Position numbers and translations under genes: made by a program. Below the pieces are notes generated by a model that saw nothing but the letters and a program-made list of their open reading frames with translations, was not told the DNA's origin and did no database searches. From contig JBDRCN010000045.1 of NCBI GenBank assembly GCA_043821705.1, forward strand, positions 22,400 to 86,399: a DNA stretch of 64,000 nt. The letters run 5' to 3'. The stretch comes from Candidatus Omnitrophota bacterium (GTDB taxonomy: Bacteria; Omnitrophota; Gorgyraeia; Gorgyraeales; Gorgyraeaceae). Below, in pieces: positions 30,850 to 42,021 of the stretch. Within the stretch, counting starts at the first letter, position 1. Each line of letters begins with the position of its first letter.

Positions 30850-31401
30850 TTATTTAGATAGGGTTATTGTTTTTTGGGATTGGTACTTTCCTTTGCGGTC
30901 AGAGTAGGTAGTGTCACACTCTTCCTGGGACTCAAAGAATATGATCTGGGCTATGCCTTCATTAGCATATATCTTCACCTGGGAGGCTCCTGTATTGGAG
31001 ATATCCATCGTTAAGTACCCCTCCCAGCCTGGTTCTAGGGGAGTGACATTGACTATGACACCACACCTGGCATAAGTGCTCTTACCAGTACAGAGCGCTA
31101 GTACGTTCTTAGGCATCTTAAAGTACTCTAATGACCTGGCTAATACAAATGAATTCGGGGGAATAATGCAATATTCCCCCGAATGATCTTCAAATAGATC
31201 CTTATTTATATTCTTAGGATCAAGTATGTCTTCTTTCTTGCCTCTAAACAATTTAAACTCATTTGAGAGTCTTATGTCATATCCGAAGCTAGAAGGTCCA
31301 TAAGATATCTTACCATCTCTTACTTGCTTCATCTGGAATGGCTTTATAATATCTTCTTCCAAAGCCATTTTTTTTATCCAGGTATCTGGTTTTATTGACA
31401 T
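30850..31401 (-). CDS. dcd: dCTP deaminase
   Basis: [39 protein letters not shown]. Start placed at MSIKPD, just after the nrdJ stop. Confidence 0.95.
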   Translation of the reverse strand: MSIKPDTWIKKMALEEDIIKPFQMKQVRDGKISYGPSSFGYDIRLSNEFKLFRGKKEDILDPKNINKDLFEDHSGEYCIIPPNSFVLARSLEYFKMPKNVLALCTGKSTYARCGVIVNVTPLEPGWEGYLTMDISNTGASQVKIYANEGIAQIIFFESQEECDTTYSDRKGKYQSQKTITLSK

Positions 31402-31405
31402 AGTT

Positions 31406-34400
31406 TTAACACTTTGAATATCCACATGAACGGCATACTACACAGCCTTCTTCATGGCGAAGAGCTGCTCCGCAATCAGGGCATACTCCTACAACATTAC
31501 CAAGTTTATCCTCTATCATTGTATGAGGAGAATGTTTCTCCAGCGCTTCTTCTGTATGGTACATCTTTCCATTGCCCAGTCTTAATTCCAGGACCCTTGC
31601 TATAGCATCAGCACAGGAGAATATTCTTCCACCCTTTTCCCATGACGGAGAAGGACATCTTATGCCTCTTAATTGGTCGACTATCTTTTTATTCTCTACC
31701 CCAGAACGAAGTGCTAATGATACAAGTCTTCCTATGGCTTCTAGCTGGCTTGCTGCGCATCCACCAGCTTTGCCCATCTGGATAAATACTTCGAAAGGTA
31801 AGCTATTGTCATCCACATTTATAGTAATATATAGATTACCGCACCCTGTATTTACCTTGGTAGTCGTACCAGTTGTCACTACAGGTCTTGGCCTAGGAGC
31901 CACGCTATTATCATCCTTAACCTGTTCGTCTTCTTTCTTTGATCTCTTCTTAGAGTCTATGTTAAGTACTTGTTCATCCCTAGAACCATCCCTATAGATA
32001 GTGACACCCTTACAACCTAACTTATACGCAAGCATGTATACTTCTTTCACATCATCTTTTAAAGCCTCATTATGAAAATTCACTGTCTTTGATACTGCAT
32101 TGTCAGTATGTTTTTGGAATGCTGCTTGCATCCTTATGTGCCAAATAGGAGCAATATCATGGCTTGTCACAAATATCTTCTTATATTTTTCAGGCACTTC
32201 ATCAATATCTTTTACAGAACCTTTTTCAGCAATGGACTCCATGAGTTTTCTTGAATAAAATCCTTCTCTTTTAGCTATTTCTTCGAAGAGTGGGTTTACT
32301 TCTATGAGCTTATCATTATCCATTACATTCCTATAATAAGATATCGCGAATATAGGCTCTATGCCGCTTGAGGTATTGGATATAATAGATATAGTACCAG
32401 TAGGAGCAATAGTTGTAAGAGTAGCATTTCTTCTTAAAGGCGTACTGTCTTCAGCAAAGATACTATCATTATAAGTCGGAAAAGCCCCCCGGCTCTCTGC
32501 CAATTCTTCTGACTTTATCTTTGCCTCTTCATCTATAAAACAAGCTATCTTTTCAGCTAGCTCCACTGCCTCATCGCTATTATAAGGTATCTCAAGTTTA
32601 ATAAGCATATCAGCCCAACCCATTACCCCCAGGCCTATCTTACGGTTACTCTTAGTAATTTCTTCTATTTTCTTCAGAGGGAATTTATTCATATCAATTT
32701 CATTATCAAGAAATTGCACGGCGATATTCACGAGCCTTTTTAGCTTCTCATAATCTATTTCTTTTTTTCCGTTTCCACAAACTACTTTGGAAATATTTAT
32801 AGAGCCAAGGTTACACGATTCAAATGGAAGCAAGACCTGTTCCCCGCAAGGATTGGTTGACTCATATTTTCCTAACTTTGGTGTCGGATTAAACTCATTC
32901 ATTTTATCAATAAATATCGCTCCTGGTTCACCATTTTTCCATGAGTATTCAACAATCAAATCAAATACCTCTTTTGCCTTAAGCCTGTTTACAATCTTGT
33001 CTAAATGAGGGTCTATAAGATTATATTCTTTATCCTCTATAACCTTCTCCATAAAATCTTCTGTAATTGCAACAGAGATGTTAAAATTCGTGATCTCTTT
33101 ATCATCCTGCTTACATCTAATAAATTCTAATATATCAGGATGATCCACCCTTAATATCCCCATGTTCGCGCCCCGGCGGGTATTGTGGCTAACAAAACCA
33201 TTAGCAATATATGTATGGCCTTCAGGCACGACTAAATCCAACGTTTGCTCCTGTGAATATGTAATATCCTCTATCTGGTCATAATACTGATTTTTAGTAA
33301 GTATGTCTTCAAGGAAACTTTCCTGTAAAAAATCATACTCTTCTACTAAAGTCTTGGCTCTTGCGCGTGTAAGGTTTCTTTCATTTTTTACGCCATCAAG
33401 ATAATGCCATATTTTCCTATAGAATTTATTCCGCGGCTTTAAAATAAGCTCTTCATAAAACTCCCTGAACTGTCTTGATTGATTAGGGATAATATCATTA
33501 TAGCTGATATCTCTTCTTATAATCTGGCTGAGCCGTTCTCTCTTTTTCTTACTTAAGAAGCCGATCTTTTCTTTGTAGGTTTCTAATCCCTTAGGTGTTG
33601 TAATATTTAAAATATAAAGGGGATTTCTTCCGTAAGAAGATTCCCTTTTTGTATTAACCCTAATTTTGGAAGATATGCCTAAACTTAACAATAAAACCTG
33701 CAATTGATTGATCAATCCCGAAGAAACAGAAGATAGCGCTATATGATAACCTTGTTTATCGATATGGCCATCAGCCTCAAACAAACCTCTTAAAAATCCT
33801 TCAGCGCATTTTTTGTCGCCTTTGAAAATTATGGCCGGGATAAATACCTGTAAAGCGCCATTTTTATCTACACCTATAGACTTAAGCCATTCGACTAACA
33901 TCTGGCTGTGATAAATAAGGTTAATACTTTTATCATTCTGCTTTTGTTCAAATCGGCTGTCGATTCCAAAGTTTTCTCTAACATAACTATCGAAATAATC
34001 TTTAAGTTCCAGGCAATCATGCGGAACCGCCAGCATCATCTTTCCTTTATAGAAACAACCGTCTCCTATAAAATAGCCGAGCAATTCAGCTAAATCAGGA
34101 TTCATTTCAGAAGGTAAATCACAAAGCTTACTATTAAAATGAAAGCTCCTTTCAAATTTTTCAAATTTAACTTTCTCTCCGGAAAAAGTATCCATCTGTA
34201 AGGCAGCCCAGTCGCCTTTCTTGATATCTTTTAATTCTTTCCATACATAGTTACCTTCTTTATCTATAATCCTGATCTTATGATTTAAAGTAGCGGTAAA
34301 TCTATAACCGCCTTTTGTAACTATAGTTTTAACTGGTTTAACGCCATTATTATAAAACTGCTCTGCCATCTTTACGCCTTCATCGCTAAAGACATTTAGA

Positions 34401-36217
34401 TATAAATTTTGGTATCCGCCAGGTAATGCATCAGCAAGTTCCTTGATCGGCATTAAACCTTTTTCTGTAGAAATAACTGTATTCTCTTCTACGCACCCTC
34501 CCTGCTTCACAGCCTGAGTCGCAGCATTAAAGACCTTCATAAATGATACAGGGCCGCTCGAAACGCCACCTGTAGAACGCACTACACTATTCTTAGGACG
34601 AAGCCTGGAAAAACTAAATCCAGTTCCTCCTCCCGTTTTGTGCACCATAGCCGTATTCTTAATAGCATCAAAGATAGATTCCATTGAATCTTCTATAGGC
34701 AGGACAAAGCAATTATGAACAGAGATCATATTTGCGCAATATGAATGATCTTCGTCTACTTCAAGATTATAAACTTTTTCCTGATAGTGCTGTTTTATTA
34801 TTTTAGTAATAGGTGTTAAAAGGGTATCTTCGCGAACTATAGTCCGAATATAACCTATACCTTTATGGGCAATATCGACATTTAAAAGTTCGTTTACCAA
34901 TTTAGTGCCGCTTCTACCACTAACTGCACATCTGTATGGCAAAGCTTTACCGAGTTTAGGCATTGATTCAAAATTAAGCGCAGCAAAATGTCCAGCCCTC
35001 ATAATCAATTGCCATGCTGCATACACTAAATTCATATTACACATAACAAGTTTTGTGCAGAAGTTATTGCCATTTTTGAACGTACAGCTGTCTCCACGAA
35101 ACATTCCTGCAAGCAGGCCCTTTTGTTTTTCTACCGAAAGAAGCGTGATCCAAGAAGGTATCTTTTTTGATGCATAACCTGTTCCAAATAAACCTTCAAT
35201 AAATCCAGCTAATATCTTTGAATGAAACCTTATTGATAACCATCGTCGATCAGGAGAATTCGTTTCCTCGATATAGGAACTAATTCCAAATTTTTCTTTC
35301 ACTATCTTAAGGACATCTTCACAATAATATCTTTCCTTCTCGGAGAAAACAAAACGTAAGGCATTATTATCACTGACACACCCTTCGGATAAGTAGTATC
35401 CGAATAACCTCATTAAATCTGTATCAATCTCTATTATATTTTTGACCGGATTAACCTGTTGCGAAATTTTACCTGACCTATTTCTATCTTGACTATATAC
35501 ACTGCCATCTTTTCTAACCCTGTACCTTACATCAGTATTCTTTTCATATAACATCCCATCTATATCAATAAGGTTGTTATTATTAATAAAATCCGCTATC
35601 TTAATATCCTTAACGTCAACAATCTCCTTAGGAAAACTTATTGCTATATAATCTCCTACGGATAAATCCTTTATCTGAATCCACACAGGATTGCCTCTGT
35701 CTCCTTTTTTAACCGCAAGGATAGGGTGTTCACCGGTTACCTTAAGGGTCTCGGTAGGAAGTTTATAGGCATTGAGGATATAAATTTCATTTGATTTCCT
35801 GGCAAATATTTCAGTTACCTTTCTGAATCTGTTTTTATGTGTTAATACCCATTCTCCCTCTTTTATTTCTGATATTCGCTTTGGTCCAGATCTAGTTATG
35901 ATAATCTGATCCGGTGTAAAACACGCGGATAACTGTCCAAGATCTCTCCCTGCATTCATCAGGGTAGGGCTGTTTGGCATGAAATCAAAACTACTCATAA
36001 TATCGTAAAATGATCTTTCTGTGTTTTCTACTGCTTGGTCGCTCGCTCCGTATAGTTTATCAGCCTGAGCAATATGACTGGCAACCCGCTTAAACATCTC
36101 TTCAGGTGTCTCGATTATCTTTCCTTCTTTATCTTTCTTTAGATATCTACGTTCGAGCACTGTTAAGCAATTAGTAGAGATGTTTATTTTTTTCATGCCA
36201 TTTGTTTCTAACTGCAT
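31406..36217 (-). CDS. nrdJ: Class II (adenosylcobalamin-dependent) ribonucleotide reductase with two inteins, C-terminal TSCPD domain and Zn ribbon
   Basis: [33 protein letters not shown]...[30 protein letters not shown]...CRSCGYSKC. About 760 aa after splicing; no nrdB nearby. Start moved to the ATG behind the AGGGGG RBS. Confidence 0.92.
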   Translation of the reverse strand: MQLETNGMKKINISTNCLTVLERRYLKKDKEGKIIETPEEMFKRVASHIAQADKLYGASDQAVENTERSFYDIMSSFDFMPNSPTLMNAGRDLGQLSACFTPDQIIITRSGPKRISEIKEGEWVLTHKNRFRKVTEIFARKSNEIYILNAYKLPTETLKVTGEHPILAVKKGDRGNPVWIQIKDLSVGDYIAISFPKEIVDVKDIKIADFINNNNLIDIDGMLYEKNTDVRYRVRKDGSVYSQDRNRSGKISQQVNPVKNIIEIDTDLMRLFGYYLSEGCVSDNNALRFVFSEKERYYCEDVLKIVKEKFGISSYIEETNSPDRRWLSIRFHSKILAGFIEGLFGTGYASKKIPSWITLLSVEKQKGLLAGMFRGDSCTFKNGNNFCTKLVMCNMNLVYAAWQLIMRAGHFAALNFESMPKLGKALPYRCAVSGRSGTKLVNELLNVDIAHKGIGYIRTIVREDTLLTPITKIIKQHYQEKVYNLEVDEDHSYCANMISVHNCFVLPIEDSMESIFDAIKNTAMVHKTGGGTGFSFSRLRPKNSVVRSTGGVSSGPVSFMKVFNAATQAVKQGGCVEENTVISTEKGLMPIKELADALPGGYQNLYLNVFSDEGVKMAEQFYNNGVKPVKTIVTKGGYRFTATLNHKIRIIDKEGNYVWKELKDIKKGDWAALQMDTFSGEKVKFEKFERSFHFNSKLCDLPSEMNPDLAELLGYFIGDGCFYKGKMMLAVPHDCLELKDYFDSYVRENFGIDSRFEQKQNDKSINLIYHSQMLVEWLKSIGVDKNGALQVFIPAIIFKGDKKCAEGFLRGLFEADGHIDKQGYHIALSSVSSGLINQLQVLLLSLGISSKIRVNTKRESSYGRNPLYILNITTPKGLETYKEKIGFLSKKKRERLSQIIRRDISYNDIIPNQSRQFREFYEELILKPRNKFYRKIWHYLDGVKNERNLTRARAKTLVEEYDFLQESFLEDILTKNQYYDQIEDITYSQEQTLDLVVPEGHTYIANGFVSHNTRRGANMGILRVDHPDILEFIRCKQDDKEITNFNISVAITEDFMEKVIEDKEYNLIDPHLDKIVNRLKAKEVFDLIVEYSWKNGEPGAIFIDKMNEFNPTPKLGKYESTNPCGEQVLLPFESCNLGSINISKVVCGNGKKEIDYEKLKRLVNIAVQFLDNEIDMNKFPLKKIEEITKSNRKIGLGVMGWADMLIKLEIPYNSDEAVELAEKIACFIDEEAKIKSEELAESRGAFPTYNDSIFAEDSTPLRRNATLTTIAPTGTISIISNTSSGIEPIFAISYYRNVMDNDKLIEVNPLFEEIAKREGFYSRKLMESIAEKGSVKDIDEVPEKYKKIFVTSHDIAPIWHIRMQAAFQKHTDNAVSKTVNFHNEALKDDVKEVYMLAYKLGCKGVTIYRDGSRDEQVLNIDSKKRSKKEDEQVKDDNSVAPRPRPVVTTGTTTKVNTGCGNLYITINVDDNSLPFEVFIQMGKAGGCAASQLEAIGRLVSLALRSGVENKKIVDQLRGIRCPSPSWEKGGRIFSCADAIARVLELRLGNGKMYHTEEALEKHSPHTMIEDKLGNVVGVCPDCGAALRHEEGCVVCRSCGYSKC
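33182..34495 (-). mobile_element. Intein 2 in nrdJ (438 aa) with LAGLIDADG homing endonuclease
   Basis: QGG|CVEENT...ANGFVSHN|TRRGA; [12 protein letters not shown] and [10 protein letters not shown] blocks. Confidence 0.95.
34712..35923 (-). mobile_element. Intein 1 in nrdJ (404 aa) with LAGLIDADG homing endonuclease
   Basis: QLSA|CFTPDQ...TGEHP...VYNLEV...SVHN|CFVLP; [10 protein letters not shown] and [10 protein letters not shown] blocks. Confidence 0.95.
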
Positions 36218-36275
36218 CTTCACCCCCTGAATGGTTGGTTTATGGTTGGAAAAACTATCTTTTTAGATAAAAGTA

Positions 36276-36303
36276 AGTATATCACTTGAGGAATCTATGT
36301 CAA
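36276..36303 (-). promoter_or_regulatory. sigma70-type promoter of nrdJ-dcd
   Basis: TTGACA - 16 nt - TATACT, with a TGn extended -10. Confidence 0.65.
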
Positions 36304-36311
36304 GTGAAAAA

Positions 36312-36359
36312 ATACAATATATTGCTAGTGGAGCTTACCTCAATAACTATATGTTGTGT
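36312..36359. promoter_or_regulatory. Tandem NrdR boxes
   Basis: ataCAATATATTGcta (36312-36327) and taaCTATATGTTGtgt (36344-36359) fit the acaCwAtATaTwGtgt consensus. They are 32 bp apart and lie upstream of an RNR gene. Confidence 0.85.
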
Positions 36360-36404
36360 TTACTAGGAAACGTATTTTCCTGGAGGAAGGCCTGGAGATC
36401 TACC

Positions 36405-37166
36405 CTAAATGATCTCTACACTTTCTTTTGGAAGCCACCCTCTTAAGTCCTTTGAAAGATCGATCTCGTACCAATTTTTTATTTCTTTTATTATTCGGAG
36501 CTTTGTTCCTTCGTGCAGTGTGAATTGCTTAAGATAATCTTCATTCGGCCCGCTTCTTACATCAACCTCTTCAGAAATTATAACTGCTTCTTTTGTAAAA
36601 TGCTCTGCTGCGATCTTCGAAAATAAAAACGTCAGAGAAAAGCTCAATAAAGCTCCTAATGATAATATAGTATAAAATATAAATTTCCTTTTTTCAACTA
36701 ATTTTATAGAAAAAATCAGAAGCACCATTATTATAAGATATACGATACTGTTAAAGAACGTCAATTCATTGATATTCATCCTGTCATATAGGTATAGGAC
36801 TGAATTTATTATAAAACCTCTGTCAGGCAGGTCCAATCTATCTACCTGCCTTGTCCTTGCAAGTTTTAGGTTTAATTTTATATCCCTGTCTCTAGGAGAG
36901 ATCCTGGTAGCTCTTTCATAATTTAGAATAGCTTTTCCTATTTCTTCCAATTTAAAATATGTATTGCCAAGATTGTAATAAACTTCAGCATTTACCTTAC
37001 CAGTGTCGACAAGCCTTCCATAAATAGAAGCTGCATTTTTATAATCCTGGTCCTGGTAAGCGCGATTTGCTTTTTCAAATATCTCTTCCGGAGTCTCTGC
37101 AAACAGAACATTTCCTGAAATAAATATACTGATCAGCAATAATATTATTATTTTTATCTTATGCAT
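36405..37166 (-). CDS. batE: BatE-like TPR + TM + SH3 protein
   Basis: Signal peptide, TPRs (YYNLGNTYFK), two TM helices, VRSGP...LHEGTK...GWL SH3; last gene of the bat operon. Confidence 0.8.
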   Translation of the reverse strand: MHKIKIIILLLISIFISGNVLFAETPEEIFEKANRAYQDQDYKNAASIYGRLVDTGKVNAEVYYNLGNTYFKLEEIGKAILNYERATRISPRDRDIKLNLKLARTRQVDRLDLPDRGFIINSVLYLYDRMNINELTFFNSIVYLIIMVLLIFSIKLVEKRKFIFYTILSLGALLSFSLTFLFSKIAAEHFTKEAVIISEEVDVRSGPNEDYLKQFTLHEGTKLRIIKEIKNWYEIDLSKDLRGWLPKESVEII

Positions 37167-37179
37167 AACTTTTTTCTTC

Positions 37180-37231
37180 CTGCCCGCCGAAGCCAGACTT
37201 TCGATTCGCCTTTCGTAAAGGTGCAGGAGGG
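37180..37231. repeat. 52-bp REP-like element, copy 1 (copy 2 at 44626-44677)
   Basis: 41/52 ungapped identity with copy 2; imperfect inverted ends; abuts the batD stop codon. Confidence 0.75.
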
Positions 37232-39085
37232 TCATAATCTCTTTCTCTCTATCTCGGATATGACCTTTACTGCGTCATCTATCGTCTTAGACATATCATC
37301 CCCTGTGAATCTCCCCAGAGCAAACCTTGCCATATCGCATTCATCAAAAAGCCTTTTTATATCTTCTATCAATTCACCTGAGATATCTTTTTCCTTCAAT
37401 CTCTCTTCCAAGAGTTCCTTTGTAATAGAAGGATGGGGGATATTAAGTTTACTGGCTATATACTCTATAACAGCTTTATATATCTCTCCATAAAATACCT
37501 TTATATCTTGTTTATCCAGGGCATTCTTTGCTTTCTTGAGCCTTTTTGATGCTATACGTTTTGCCGTACGAGAACGAGCATAGCCTATATCGCTCCTTAA
37601 CCTCTCTTCGTGCAAGTAAGATATATAAAAAGCGACGAGTATTAAAAAAGCCAAGATATTGATAAAAATAAACATCTTATCTTTATATAAAAATGAATCT
37701 TTAGATACAAACTTTGAAGGATGTGTCTTTATATAAGCTATGTCTTTCTCTAATATCTTTATCTCTTCTTTTGTAAGACCAGGAATCATGGAAGGCAATA
37801 TAGGCGTAGAAGGCTCTGTCTTTAGCCCTTTTTCTACCTTTATTATAATAGGTGCTACTTCTTCTTTTATATACATCTCCTTAGAAGGGTCAAAGTAATG
37901 ATATTCTATAGGCCCTATTTTAAAATCTCCAGCCTTCTTAGGGACTATGACTTTCTCGAACATCTTTTCTCCATGGACAATATAACCATCTTTACTTATG
38001 TTCTCCGAAGCCCCTGAATCATAGACCTTAGCATCTTCCAGATCTGGGATATTAGGTGATGAGATAGTCTTTATATTTCCCTTTCCCTCTATCTTTATCT
38101 TTAATATGACAGGTTCATTCTCCTTTGTCTCTCCTTTATCAACTTCTCCTGTCATATTATAGGTACCTACGTCTCCTTTAAAGCCTGAAGGCTTGGCTTT
38201 ATCAGGTAGGGATGAGATATTCACTGTGATAGGGTCTGTCTTGAGTAATATTGGTTTTCCACGCCTAAACATGCTGAATGGATCCCTGCCAAATGGACTT
38301 CTTGAAAAAAATCTCTCCAGGTCTTCTACAGTAGCTTCGAGTGTCGCGCTCCCTATTATAAACTCTCCAGGAGATGTGGCAAAGAGCGCTGTCTTTATCT
38401 CATTTACCAGATATCTAGTCCCATTTACGACTGTATAATATTTTTTCTGTGGAGGCATGTCTTCTGCCCAAAAACCAGTTGTATCTGGAGGCGAATACCT
38501 AGGGTTCTCAAACAGATTCACAGATTGATAAAAGGAAAACGTCAGCGTGATCTGTTCATTTACATATGCATTCTTTTTATCTACTGATGCTGTGATAAAA
38601 AGTTCTCTACCTTTATTCTCCTGGACATATTGCTCGTCCTGGCCCTTTTCTGGATAAGTATACGTAGGAGGAGATATTACAGGTGCTTTAGCGTTCCTGG
38701 GTTTTACTCTTACTTCAATAGAGTTTGTAGAATATGAGTTTCCTTTATAATCAATAGTAAATGGCCCGATCTGGAAACTTCCTTCATCATTAGGGACCAA
38801 TACATAATTAAAAGAAACAGAGCTCGAGATCTTGCCGTTTATTATAGAGATATTCTGGGATCTTCCACCAGAATAATAACCAAAGCTAGCCATATTGCTA
38901 AGCTCTGGTTCAGGTATATTAGTTATGCTGCCGTTTATAACTATGGTCAAAATGATCTCTTCGTCTAAAGCTATCTCATTTTTATTTACACTCGCCTCAA
39001 TAGATATATCCTGAGCATAACATGCCATAGTTATAACTAGACTTAAAAGTAATGGAACTATATATTTTATAATTTTACTGTTCAT
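37232..39085 (-). CDS. batD: BatD family protein
   Basis: SQNISIINGK, ASVDKKNAYVNEQ, IEGKGN repeats, C-terminal TM; operon context. Confidence 0.88.
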   Translation of the reverse strand: MNSKIIKYIVPLLLSLVITMACYAQDISIEASVNKNEIALDEEIILTIVINGSITNIPEPELSNMASFGYYSGGRSQNISIINGKISSSVSFNYVLVPNDEGSFQIGPFTIDYKGNSYSTNSIEVRVKPRNAKAPVISPPTYTYPEKGQDEQYVQENKGRELFITASVDKKNAYVNEQITLTFSFYQSVNLFENPRYSPPDTTGFWAEDMPPQKKYYTVVNGTRYLVNEIKTALFATSPGEFIIGSATLEATVEDLERFFSRSPFGRDPFSMFRRGKPILLKTDPITVNISSLPDKAKPSGFKGDVGTYNMTGEVDKGETKENEPVILKIKIEGKGNIKTISSPNIPDLEDAKVYDSGASENISKDGYIVHGEKMFEKVIVPKKAGDFKIGPIEYHYFDPSKEMYIKEEVAPIIIKVEKGLKTEPSTPILPSMIPGLTKEEIKILEKDIAYIKTHPSKFVSKDSFLYKDKMFIFINILAFLILVAFYISYLHEERLRSDIGYARSRTAKRIASKRLKKAKNALDKQDIKVFYGEIYKAVIEYIASKLNIPHPSITKELLEERLKEKDISGELIEDIKRLFDECDMARFALGRFTGDDMSKTIDDAVKVISEIERKRL

Positions 39086-39136
39086 TCCCAATACCTGCAA
39101 CTTGTGTCATGTGTCCTGTGACTTGCAACTTGAATA

Positions 39137-39955
39137 TTACCAGTCTTTTTCAACATTATATCTAGTCTCACCTATGCGCCTTCTTAGGTCCTTTTGTACA
39201 TCTTCTTCATCATCTTTTAATGCATCTAAGAGTCTCTTAGCATCTTCTTCTGACATCTCATCTTTTTGCTGGCCCTCTTCTTCCTTTTGGTCCTCTTGGC
39301 CTTGTTGTTTTTCTTGGTCTTCTTGAGATCCTTTATCCTGGTCTTTCTTTTCTTCTTCCTTAGACTTGTCATCTTTAGAATCACTTTTTTGTGACTCTTG
39401 TTTTTGCTGCTTCAGTAATTTTTTTATAAGTTCTATATTATATTTAGCATCTTCATCTTCAGGATCAATAGAAAGTGATTCTTCGTAAGAAGCTATTGCT
39501 TCTTCTAACTTCCCCATCCGAAAGTTAGTGTTTCCTATATTATAATATGTCTTTGCCTTAAGTTCATCATTTTTTGAACCTAATGTCTTTTCATACTCTT
39601 TATAAGCATCTTCATGTCTATCGATCTTATGAAGGGCATTACCGATATTATACTGAAGTTCATTGTTCTCTGGATGATCTATCTGAGCATCTCTCCACTC
39701 TGAAAGAGCTTCATCCATATTTTCCTCTTTATAAAGCTCCCTTGCCTTCTTATCCTTAGAAGACAATGATTCCTTCCACCCCCACCCTGCACTGGAAAAA
39801 GAAAATAATAATAAGAAACATAGTAAGACAACGGGTCCTGTCCGCCGATTCACCCCACAAGTGCTCAGGCAAAGCCTTGCGCGCTTGCGGGGGCCCCAAT
39901 CGCCGGCCACCCGTTGTCTTAAAATTCTTTTAATTTTTAATGCAGTGAAATTCAT
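39137..39955 (-). CDS. batC: BatC-like TPR protein (signal peptide interrupted in frame by a MITE)
   Basis: TPRs (YNIGN), DEDAKYNIEL, Q/E/K-rich linker, MSEEDAKRLLDAL...EKDW C-terminus. Confidence 0.85.
   Translation of the reverse strand: MNFTALKIKRILRQRVAGDWGPRKRARLCLSTCGVNRRTGPVVLLCFLLLFSFSSAGWGWKESLSSKDKKARELYKEENMDEALSEWRDAQIDHPENNELQYNIGNALHKIDRHEDAYKEYEKTLGSKNDELKAKTYYNIGNTNFRMGKLEEAIASYEESLSIDPEDEDAKYNIELIKKLLKQQKQESQKSDSKDDKSKEEEKKDQDKGSQEDQEKQQGQEDQKEEEGQQKDEMSEEDAKRLLDALKDDEEDVQKDLRRRIGETRYNVEKDW
39824..39921. mobile_element. MITE-like palindromic insertion (94 bp + TA duplication) inside batC
   Basis: 13-bp perfect inverted ends taagacaacgggt / acccgttgtctta; GC-rich nested hairpin; removing 96 bp restores a clean signal peptide. 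Confidence 0.8.
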
Positions 39956-40953
39956 ACTCTTTTTCTATCTCCTAACAAGGTTTCGGCTATGATCAGAAGA
40001 ATAGCTATTGCTAAAAAGTATTGGAACCTGTCTTCGTATTGTGTAAAGAGCCTGCTAGAAAGTTCCTTTTTCTCCATTCCTTGAATATCATCATATATCT
40101 TGTCTAGTTCAAATTCACTCGGTGTAGCATTATAATATTTACCGCCTGTGATAATAGCTATCCTCTGCAGGGTTTCTTCATCAAGCTTGGATATTATCAC
40201 CTCTCCAGACTTATCCTTTTTATACCCTGATGCATTCCCTTTCTCGTCCATTACAGGAACTAGTTCTCCATCCCTTGTACCTATCCCAATAGTGTATATT
40301 ATTATTCCTTCTTTTTTAGCTAGTCTAGCTGCATCTATAGCCTTAGAGCCATGGTCCTCTCCATCAGTAAGAAGTATCAGCACTTTATGTTTGGTCTCTT
40401 TCTTTATAAATGCTTCTTCTGCTTTTTTTATTGCCTTTCCTATCTCAGTACCTGGCCGCGGGATTATGCCTACGTCTATTATCTTTAAAAATAATTTTGC
40501 TGCCTGGTAATCAAGTGTAAGAGGACACTGGACAAAGCTGTCACCAGCAAAAGTAATGATACCTATCCTATCCCCTTTTAATCTATCTATAAAAGATGTT
40601 AATTCTAATTTTGCCTTTTCTAATCTATTGGGTTTTATATCCTGGGCCTTCATGCTAAGAGATGTATCTATTGCTACTAAGATATCTATACCTTTTCTCC
40701 TGGTCATAGTAAGGCGCGACCCTATCTGCGGCCTTGAGATAGAAATAATGAGAAAAAATACTGCTAAAATAATAAGTGCTGCTTTTAGATAGTCTCTCGT
40801 AAAGTCTTTGGAAAAAGATATCTTTTCCAGGATGCCTTTATCAGCAAAAAACTCCATTGCCTTTCGCTTGTTCCTATAAGCTATGACAAAAAATACCACT
40901 AGTATAGGAATAATTATTAATAGATTTAAAAATACTGGTGAACCCCAATGCAT
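39952..40953 (-). CDS. batB: BatB-like VWA domain protein
   Basis: SRPQIG, DTSLSM MIDAS, QCPLTLD, LTDGED. Start placed at MHWGSP; the upstream in-frame extension is heptamer repeat. Confidence 0.88.
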   Translation of the reverse strand: MHWGSPVFLNLLIIIPILVVFFVIAYRNKRKAMEFFADKGILEKISFSKDFTRDYLKAALIILAVFFLIISISRPQIGSRLTMTRRKGIDILVAIDTSLSMKAQDIKPNRLEKAKLELTSFIDRLKGDRIGIITFAGDSFVQCPLTLDYQAAKLFLKIIDVGIIPRPGTEIGKAIKKAEEAFIKKETKHKVLILLTDGEDHGSKAIDAARLAKKEGIIIYTIGIGTRDGELVPVMDEKGNASGYKKDKSGEVIISKLDEETLQRIAIITGGKYYNATPSEFELDKIYDDIQGMEKKELSSRLFTQYEDRFQYFLAIAILLIIAETLLGDRKRV

Positions 40954-40954
40954 A

Positions 40955-41031
40955 AGTCGTAATCCGTAATTCGTAATCCGTAATTCGTGATGCGCAATCG
41001 GTTCACGCATCACGGTTCACGAATCACGATT
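40955..41031. repeat. Heptamer tandem repeats (cgtaat[ct] / cacg[ag][at]t), head-to-head
   Basis: cgtaatc cgtaatt cgtaatc cgtaatt cgtgatg ... cacgcat cacggtt cacgaat cacgatt in the batA-batB gap. Confidence 0.85.
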
Positions 41032-42021
41032 CTAGGGGAGTTTTCTGAACAATGTGTTCGAAAGAACTACCCCTGTAATAAAAATCATAAAACCTGGGAA
41101 AATAAAAGAAGTAGCTCCTTCATTATAGTTAGCATACTCCTTGGTCTCTATCTTTGTCTTTTCTAGTTCTCCTATAGTCTTATATATCTCCTTTAACCCC
41201 TCTTCATCCTTTGCCCTAAAATATAAGCCGCCTGTCTCTTCTGCAATTTTACTGAGAAGCTCTTCATCTATCTCAGTATCCATCCTCACATATCTTTTCC
41301 CGAATATCGGGTCAGTCACTGGATAAAGCGCTTTTCCTGGCTTACCAGCGCCGATAGTATATATCTTTATACCTAGTGTCTTTGCTAGCTTTGAAGCAGT
41401 CAATGGGTCTATCTTTCCAGCATTATTCACGCCATCAGTCAAAAGTATTATAATCTTGCTCTTTGCTTCTGAATCCCTGAGCCTATTAGTAGCATTTGCA
41501 ATAGCCAGTCCTATGGCAGTACCATCCTCTATCATCCCGATCTCTATCTTATCCAGAAGATCTAAAAGCACATTATAATCCAGTGTAAGAGGGCACTGTG
41601 TGAAACTCTCTTTTGAAAATACTACTAGTCCTAATCTATCATTGCGCCTTGATCCTATAAAATCCTTTAAGACTTCCTTGGCAGCTCCTAATCTATTCTG
41701 CGGCTGAAAATCTTCTGCCTTCATACTGCTAGAAGTGTCTAGTGTTAAGATAATATCAACTCCTTCTGTTATTATCTCTTCTTCTCTCTGGCCAAATTGA
41801 GGTCTCGAAAACGCGATTATAAATATAAATAGTGCTGTCATCCTTAATATGAACGGAAGATGCTTGTATCTTGCTTTAACCCCAGGAGCAATATCCTTAA
41901 CTAATCCTATATCTGAAAACACAATGCTTGCTTTCTTTTTCTTGAGATTTTTCAGATAATCCCACGTAAGCGCTGGGATAATAAGGATAAGTATTAAGAA
42001 TATCGGGTGTAATAATCTCAT
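41032..42021 (-). CDS. batA: BatA-like VWA domain protein
   Basis: SRPQFG, DTSSSM MIDAS, DGTAIGLA, LTDGVNNAG. Confidence 0.9.
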   Translation of the reverse strand: MRLLHPIFLILILIIPALTWDYLKNLKKKKASIVFSDIGLVKDIAPGVKARYKHLPFILRMTALFIFIIAFSRPQFGQREEEIITEGVDIILTLDTSSSMKAEDFQPQNRLGAAKEVLKDFIGSRRNDRLGLVVFSKESFTQCPLTLDYNVLLDLLDKIEIGMIEDGTAIGLAIANATNRLRDSEAKSKIIILLTDGVNNAGKIDPLTASKLAKTLGIKIYTIGAGKPGKALYPVTDPIFGKRYVRMDTEIDEELLSKIAEETGGLYFRAKDEEGLKEIYKTIGELEKTKIETKEYANYNEGATSFIFPGFMIFITGVVLSNTLFRKLP

